64,000 nt of DNA from Rhodocyclales bacterium. Its GTDB lineage: Bacteria; Pseudomonadota; Gammaproteobacteria; Burkholderiales; Rhodocyclaceae. Position 1 is the first letter of the stretch. Every line of letters begins with the position of its first letter. Below are positions 58,513-64,000 of this stretch, in pieces. The position numbers and the translations under genes were made by a program. The stretch spans positions 172,951 to 236,950 of the forward strand of contig JACRMV010000006.1 in the NCBI GenBank assembly GCA_016235025.1, in the 5' to 3' direction. Below the pieces are notes generated by a model, which was given only the letters and a program-made list of their open reading frames with translations, was not told the origin of the DNA and made no database searches.

Positions 58513-60645
58513 ATGCCCACCATGACTCTGCGCAAGCTCCTCATTACCTCCGCCCTGCCCTACGCCAATGGCGCGATCCATCTCGGCCATCTGGTCGAAT
58601 ATATCCAGACCGATATCTGGGTCCGTTTCCAGAAAATGCGCGGCCATGAATGCTGGTATGTCTGCGCCGACGACACCCACGGCACACCGATCATGCTGCG
58701 CGCCGAGAAGGAAGGCATCACGCCGGAGCAACTGATCGAGCGCGTGCATGCCGAACACAGCCGCGACTTCGCCGGCTTCCATGTCGCCTTCGACAACTAT
58801 TACACAACGCATTCGAACGAGACCCGCGACTATGCCGTTGAAATTTACGGCAAGCTCAAGGCGGCCGACCTGATTGCCGTGCGTGCCGTCGAACAGTTTT
58901 ACGATCCGCTCAAACAGATGTTCCTGCCCGACCGCTTCATCAAGGGCAACTGCCCGAAATGCGGCGCGAAAGACCAATACGGCGACAGTTGCGAAGTCTG
59001 CGGCGCAGTTTATGCGCCGACCGATCTGAACAACCCCTACTCGGCCCTTTCCGGCGCCAAACCCGAGCTGCGCAACTCCGAACATTTCTTTTTCAAACTC
59101 TCCGATCCGCGCTGCCAGGCATTCCTCCGGCAGTGGACCCGCAGTGAAGACCGCTTGCAGCCGGAAGCCGCCAACAAGATGCAGGAATGGCTCGGTGCGG
59201 AAAATGAAAACAAACTCAGCGACTGGGACATCTCGCGCGACGCGCCCTACTTCGGCTTCGAGATTCCCGACGCGCCAGGCAAGTACTTCTATGTCTGGCT
59301 CGACGCCCCGGTCGGTTATATGGGTTCATTCCGGAATCTCTGCGCACAGCGGGGGCTCGACTTCGATGCCTTCTGGCGCAAGGATTCCAGCGTCGAGCTG
59401 ATTCACTTCATCGGCAAGGACATCCTTTATTTCCATGCCCTGTTCTGGCCGGCGATGCTCGAATACACCGGCTATCGCACGCCGAGCAAAATTTTCGCCC
59501 ACGGCTTCCTCACCGTCGACGGCGCCAAGATGAGCAAGTCGCGCGGCACATTCATCACCGCCGAATCCTATCTGGCGCAGGGCCTCAATCCGGAATGGCT
59601 GCGCTACTACTACGCCGCCAAGCTCAACGGCACGATGGAAGACATCGACCTCAACCTCGGTGACTTCGTCGCCCGCGTCAATTCCGACCTGATCGGCAAG
59701 TACATCAACATCGCCAGCCGCTCGGCGAATTTCATTGCCAGCCATTTTTCCAGCCAGCTACTGGATGAGAATTTCGACGAACGCTTCCGCAGCGACCTGC
59801 CTGATCTGGCGCTCGCGGCCGACGAAATCGCGGCGCATTACGAAGCGCGTGATTACGGCCGGGCCATCCGTCGCATCATGGGCCTGGCCGACCAGGTCAA
59901 TCAATACGTCGACCATCACCAACCCTGGAAGCTGGCCAGGCACGGCGGCAAAGAGCGCGAATTGCATGTGGTCTGCACCATGCTGATCAATGCCTTCCGC
60001 CTGCTCACGCTCTATCTCAAGCCGGTGCTGCCCAAGCTTGCCCAGCGCGCCGAGGAATTCCTCAACATTGCGCCGCTGGTCTGGGCCGATGCCGGCCACC
60101 TGCTGCCGCCATCCCATCTGATCAACAGCTACGAACATCTGATGCAGCGCATCGATGCCAAACAGATCGAAGCGCTCGTCGCTGCCAATCGCGAATCGCT
60201 CACGCCTTCCCCCGTTGCCCAGCCGGAGCCGCACTCACCGCAGCGCCACGCCCAGCATCAACAGCATCCCGAGAACAACATGCAAACACCGACCCGCCCC
60301 GTTGCGCCCGCCATCTCGATCGACGACTTCGGCAAGATCGACCTGCGCATCGCCCGCATCGCCGACGCGCAGCATGTCGAGGGCGCCGACAAACTGATTC
60401 GCCTGAGCCTCGATCTCGGCGAAGGCAGCACGCGCCAGGTCTTCGCCGGCATCAAGTCGGCCTACGACCCGGCACGGCTGGTTGGCCGTCTCACCGTGAT
60501 GGTCGCCAACCTCGCTCCGCGCAAGATGAAATTCGGCCTCTCCGAAGGCATGGTGCTGGCCGCCTCCGATGTCGACGGAGAAACGCCCGGCCTGTTCCTG
60601 CTCTCCCCCGACAGCGGCGCGACACCCGGCATGCGCGTCAAGTAA
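58513..60645 (+). CDS. metG: Methionine--tRNA ligase with C-terminal tRNA-binding domain
   Basis: [41 protein letters not shown]. Confidence 0.98.
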   Translation: MPTMTLRKLLITSALPYANGAIHLGHLVEYIQTDIWVRFQKMRGHECWYVCADDTHGTPIMLRAEKEGITPEQLIERVHAEHSRDFAGFHVAFDNYYTTHSNETRDYAVEIYGKLKAADLIAVRAVEQFYDPLKQMFLPDRFIKGNCPKCGAKDQYGDSCEVCGAVYAPTDLNNPYSALSGAKPELRNSEHFFFKLSDPRCQAFLRQWTRSEDRLQPEAANKMQEWLGAENENKLSDWDISRDAPYFGFEIPDAPGKYFYVWLDAPVGYMGSFRNLCAQRGLDFDAFWRKDSSVELIHFIGKDILYFHALFWPAMLEYTGYRTPSKIFAHGFLTVDGAKMSKSRGTFITAESYLAQGLNPEWLRYYYAAKLNGTMEDIDLNLGDFVARVNSDLIGKYINIASRSANFIASHFSSQLLDENFDERFRSDLPDLALAADEIAAHYEARDYGRAIRRIMGLADQVNQYVDHHQPWKLARHGGKERELHVVCTMLINAFRLLTLYLKPVLPKLAQRAEEFLNIAPLVWADAGHLLPPSHLINSYEHLMQRIDAKQIEALVAANRESLTPSPVAQPEPHSPQRHAQHQQHPENNMQTPTRPVAPAISIDDFGKIDLRIARIADAQHVEGADKLIRLSLDLGEGSTRQVFAGIKSAYDPARLVGRLTVMVANLAPRKMKFGLSEGMVLAASDVDGETPGLFLLSPDSGATPGMRVK

Positions 60646-60679
60646 GTTTCCGCAATCTTCAACCCCAAAGGAGTTTCAC

Positions 60680-61276
60680 ATGGCTGTACTCGTCGGCAAA
60701 AAAGCCCCCGATTTCACTGCAACTGCCGTCTATGGCGACAACGACATAAAAGAACTCACGCTCTCCTCGCTGCAAGGCAAGTACGTCGTGCTGTTTTTCT
60801 ATCCGCTCGACTTCACCTTCGTCTGCCCGTCCGAACTGATCGCCTTCGATCGCCGCCTCGAAGAATTCAGGAAGCGCAATGTCGAGGTCATCGGCTGTTC
60901 GATCGACTCGCAATTCACGCACCTGGCCTGGAAAAACACGCCGGTGGAAAAAGGCGGCATCGGCCAGGTCGGCTATCCCCTGGTTGCCGACATCACCCAC
61001 GCCATTTGCCAGGCCTATGACGTCGAAGCCGCCGAGGGCGTCGCCTTCCGCGGCTCCTTCCTGATCGACCAGGCCGGCGTGGTCCAGCACCAGATCGTAA
61101 ACAACCTGCCGCTCGGCCGCGACATCGACGAGATGCTGCGTATCGTCGATGCCCTGCAATTCACCGAAGCGCACGGCGAAGTCTGCCCGGCCGGCTGGCA
61201 AAAGGGCAAGACCGGCATGCAGGCCTCGCCCGACGGCGTCGCCAGATACCTTGCCGAACACGCCCAGGCGCTCTGA
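60680..61276 (+). CDS. Typical 2-Cys peroxiredoxin (AhpC/Prx1)
   Basis: FFYPLDFTFVCPSE and GEVCPAGW. Confidence 0.95.
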   Translation: MAVLVGKKAPDFTATAVYGDNDIKELTLSSLQGKYVVLFFYPLDFTFVCPSELIAFDRRLEEFRKRNVEVIGCSIDSQFTHLAWKNTPVEKGGIGQVGYPLVADITHAICQAYDVEAAEGVAFRGSFLIDQAGVVQHQIVNNLPLGRDIDEMLRIVDALQFTEAHGEVCPAGWQKGKTGMQASPDGVARYLAEHAQAL

Positions 61277-61291
61277 GCGCCGCTGCCCCGC

Positions 61292-61321
61292 AACCGCCCC
61301 GCCCTCCGGGGCGGTTTTTTG
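61292..61321 (+). terminator. Rho-independent terminator
   Basis: AACCGCCCC-GCCCTCC-GGGGCGGTT followed by TTTT. Confidence 0.85.
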
Positions 61322-61337
61322 CCCGCCGCCTTCCTGC

Positions 61338-61362
61338 CACCGTATTACCAACGCCGACTTTT
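61338..61362 (-). repeat. Dispersed 25-bp motif, copy 11
   Basis: AAAAGTCGGCG-TTGGTAAT-ACGGTG, 40 bp upstream of the CHASE2 gene. Confidence 0.75.
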
Positions 61363-61401
61363 GGCTCCGGCAGAGCCTTGCTGCCGTGACATAATCAACA
61401 A

Positions 61402-63210
61402 ATGCAGGCGTTACGTCACATCCGGCCCTACCTCACCCTGATCGGCTTTACGCTGGCGCTGGCGCTGGGCTTTCTCATTCATTCGGCGCACCCGCTGCGC
61501 TTTGCCGACCAGGCGCTGTACGACATGCAGACCCGCTGGCTGCGCGCAAACGCCCCCACGCCACTGGCACAGGACGTGGTGGTGATCGGCCTCGACGAAG
61601 CCGCCTACGAAACCATTCCCGAACCCACAGCGCTCTGGCATCGGCACCTGGCCGACCTGCTCACCGGCCTGGCCCAGGCGCGACCGGCAGTCGTCGGACT
61701 GGCCACGCCGCTGCCAGTTCGCTCATACAACTTTCTCGTCGAGAACATCGACATTCCGCTGACCGAAGCCCTGAAGCGACAAAAGAGCGCCGCACCGCTG
61801 GTGATCGGCCAGCCCTTTGGCATCGGCAGGCAACTGCGGCCGATTGCGCCCGAAATGCTGGCAGCCGCAGGCGCCGACACCATTGCCTCGCTGGCGATCT
61901 GTGAAGACGCCGACGGCGTGGTGCGGCGCATCAACCAGCCGCGTTGCCGGCCAGAGGCCAAAACCGAGCCGCTGGCGCTGGCAATGGCGCGCCATCTCGG
62001 GCGGCAGGGCGCGGCCAGCGGCATGATCGACTACACCGTCGGCGGGCCGATCGACTACACGCCCGTAGGCGACGTGCTGGATTGGATCCGCCGCGGCGAA
62101 CACGACAAGGTGCGCACACTGGTCGAGGGGCGCGCCGTGGTTATCGCCAACCTGCTGCCGACCGAGACCCGTCATCGCCTGCCGGTACAACTGGCGGCCT
62201 GGGAACCCGGCAGTCGTACCGAGCCGGGCGCCGTGGTACACATCCAGGCATTGCGTTCGCTCCTGGCACAGGGACTGATCGAGCGCGTTCCGGTAACGGT
62301 CTCGCTGCTGCTGATCGGCCTCGCCAGCCTGTTCTGGTTCGGCCCGCACAGCCGGCGCAAAGTCCTGCTGGCCACGGCAGTCGCGCTCGCGCTTGGAGCC
62401 GGCTCGACCTATGCGCTGTGGAACAAGTATTACCTGCCTACCGCCACGGTGCTGGGCTGCCTGTTGCTGGCGTTTACATTGCGCGCCGTCTGGGATGGCG
62501 TGCGCCAGTATCGGCACAAACAGGCATTGCGCGGCATGCTCGCCGGGCACGTCAGTCCGCAGGTGCTGCGCGCGATTCTCGGCGGCACACTGGAGCTTGA
62601 AGGCGAAGGCCAACGCTGCCGGGTGACGCTGCTGGCGACCGGGATTCGCGGCTTCTCGCAGCGCAGCGAACAAGGTGCTCCCGCCGCCATGATCGATCTC
62701 CTCAACCGTTTTTATGCCGAGGCCGCCGCCGCCATCCAGAATCATGGCGGCGCCATCGACCAGTACATCGGCGACGGGCTGGTCGCCGTGTTCGGTGTGC
62801 CGCAGCCGCTGGACGCACCGCAGCGTAATGCGCTCGAGGCCGCACAGGAAATCCTGTGGCGGCTTGAACGCCTGAATGCCGAACTGACGGCCAATGCCCA
62901 GGAAAAATTACAAATCGGCATTGGCCTGCATGAGGACGATGTCCTCGCCGGATATGTCGGTTCGCCGCAGCATCGTGACTTCTCGGTGATCGGCGCCGCC
63001 GTCATTCGCGTCCAGGAACTGCAAGCCCTGACCCGGAAAACCGCGCATCCGATACTCCTTACAGAAGAAGTCGCCCGGGCCGCGGGCTTTGCGGGCGGCA
63101 TGGAAAATCTTGGCCCGTTGCCGCTGCGCGACGGCACGACGCCGCCGCTCTGGGGCTGGACTCCGCCGCAGCCCCTGGCCATGAGCCCGAAAACGGAACC
63201 AACGTCATGA
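61402..63210 (+). CDS. CHASE2-domain protein with degenerate class III nucleotide-cyclase domain
   Basis: TM, CHASE2 (DVVVIGLDE, DADGVVRR, PGAVVH), three TM, cyclase fold (IRGF, YIGDG, IGIGLH) with catalytic residues altered. Confidence 0.85.
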   Translation: MQALRHIRPYLTLIGFTLALALGFLIHSAHPLRFADQALYDMQTRWLRANAPTPLAQDVVVIGLDEAAYETIPEPTALWHRHLADLLTGLAQARPAVVGLATPLPVRSYNFLVENIDIPLTEALKRQKSAAPLVIGQPFGIGRQLRPIAPEMLAAAGADTIASLAICEDADGVVRRINQPRCRPEAKTEPLALAMARHLGRQGAASGMIDYTVGGPIDYTPVGDVLDWIRRGEHDKVRTLVEGRAVVIANLLPTETRHRLPVQLAAWEPGSRTEPGAVVHIQALRSLLAQGLIERVPVTVSLLLIGLASLFWFGPHSRRKVLLATAVALALGAGSTYALWNKYYLPTATVLGCLLLAFTLRAVWDGVRQYRHKQALRGMLAGHVSPQVLRAILGGTLELEGEGQRCRVTLLATGIRGFSQRSEQGAPAAMIDLLNRFYAEAAAAIQNHGGAIDQYIGDGLVAVFGVPQPLDAPQRNALEAAQEILWRLERLNAELTANAQEKLQIGIGLHEDDVLAGYVGSPQHRDFSVIGAAVIRVQELQALTRKTAHPILLTEEVARAAGFAGGMENLGPLPLRDGTTPPLWGWTPPQPLAMSPKTEPTS

Positions 63211-63962
63211 GCAGCGCACCTTCCGCCACCACCCGATTGACCGGCTACACCCTGCTCGCCTGGGCCGCCGCGCGGCGCTGGCGCAGCGCGCGACAGCCCC
63301 TGGTGCACCACGCCTTTCTGCATCACGCGCATGACGCAGGCATCACCGCGCTGCCAGTGACCGGCCTGCTGGCGGCGCTGCTCGGCGCCACGCTGGTGAC
63401 CCAGCTCACAGCGCTGGCCGGCACCGACAGCGACCTGATGCAACGTCTGGTATTTCTCGGCCTGTTTTTCGAGCTGGCGCCGTTGATTACAGCGCTGATC
63501 GTCGTCTCCCGCAGCAGCGCGGCGATCACCTCGGAACTGGCGGTGATGCGGCTGCATGACGATTTCACCGCCCTGCGCCAGCTCCGCGTGCCGCTGGTCG
63601 ATTATCTTTTCCTGCCGCGCATCCTTGCCCTCGCGGTGGTGTTGCCTGTCCTCACCCTGATCTTCCAGGTGATCGCCGTCGGCAGCGGCTGGCTGGCCGT
63701 GGCGCTGCTGCAAAATCTTTCGCTCAATGAAGTGGCTGGCCGTTTCCTCGATCTCGCCGATCCGCTGCTGATGCTGGCGAGCCTGGGCAAAAGCGCGCTG
63801 ACCGGCGCACTCATCGGCCTCATCGCCTGCTATCACGGCCGGGCGGCCGTGGCCTCGGCCGAGGCCATTGCCAAAGCCACGACCCAGTCGATCGGCAATG
63901 GCCTGGTGGCCGTCTTCGTCATTGACGGCATGTCTGCCCTGCTGATCTGGTTTGCGCAATGA
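63207..63962 (+). CDS. MlaE-like ABC permease
   Basis: ELAPLITALIVVSRSSAAITSELAVM..PRILA..KS..G..ATT; ATGA overlaps on both sides. Confidence 0.85.
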   Translation: MSSAPSATTRLTGYTLLAWAAARRWRSARQPLVHHAFLHHAHDAGITALPVTGLLAALLGATLVTQLTALAGTDSDLMQRLVFLGLFFELAPLITALIVVSRSSAAITSELAVMRLHDDFTALRQLRVPLVDYLFLPRILALAVVLPVLTLIFQVIAVGSGWLAVALLQNLSLNEVAGRFLDLADPLLMLASLGKSALTGALIGLIACYHGRAAVASAEAIAKATTQSIGNGLVAVFVIDGMSALLIWFAQ

Positions 63963-64000
63963 GCGACGTCACCCATGACGCCACGGCGCCACACTGGGAT
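63959..64000 (+). CDS. Start of next coupled ORF (MSDVTHDATAPHWD..), truncated by window end
   Basis: ATG overlaps the permease TGA; open to the edge; too short to identify. Confidence 0.4.
   Translation, partial: MSDVTHDATAPHWD

Noticed and set aside
60230-60300. Internal start (GAGAACAACATG) producing a free MetG tRNA-binding domain
   Set aside because: Weak SD; Gln/His/Pro-rich linkers are ordinary in MetG.

Overview
GC-rich betaproteobacterial chromosome segment; gene content and synteny suggest a Rhodocyclaceae/Sterolibacteriaceae-like denitrifier (inference). Left to right: the start of a Tat-exported protein (probably a nitrate ABC binding protein) under a sigma54/NtrC promoter with an ANTAR dual-hairpin/terminator leader; nasT; a porin remnant; narXL-narK1K2-narGHJI-PPIase; bepA, moaC, ctaA, greB; a flagellar block (flaG, broken short flagellin, fliDST, fliK-like, FlhB-like, ycgR); M48 peptidase, rdgC, Orn/Lys/Arg decarboxylase, dcd, bioD, pepN; an AT-richer islet with two divergent PEP-CTERM genes around an internally deleted ISAs1; bioA, alaS, ugpQ/ugpB-like, tRNA-Arg(ACG), GGDEF, methyltransferase, dnaE, eptA, two orphan ParA-like ATPases, qor, maeB, SPW/Crp/GFA genes, apbC, metG, peroxiredoxin; and a coupled CHASE2-cyclase-like/MlaE-like operon running off the end. 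The most striking unexplained signal is a 25-bp bipartite motif, AAAAGTCGGYG-YYGRYRNN-RCGGYR, found 11 times on both strands in intergenic and coding DNA (uptake-sequence-like or nucleoid-protein-site-like). Also notable: a catalytically degenerate CHASE2 pseudocyclase coupled to a MlaE-like permease, mirror-image sigma54 promoters on the PEP-CTERM pair, a Crp-type box in class II geometry, and repeated internal deletions that leave both gene termini. All motif and homology calls were made by eye, without database searches.
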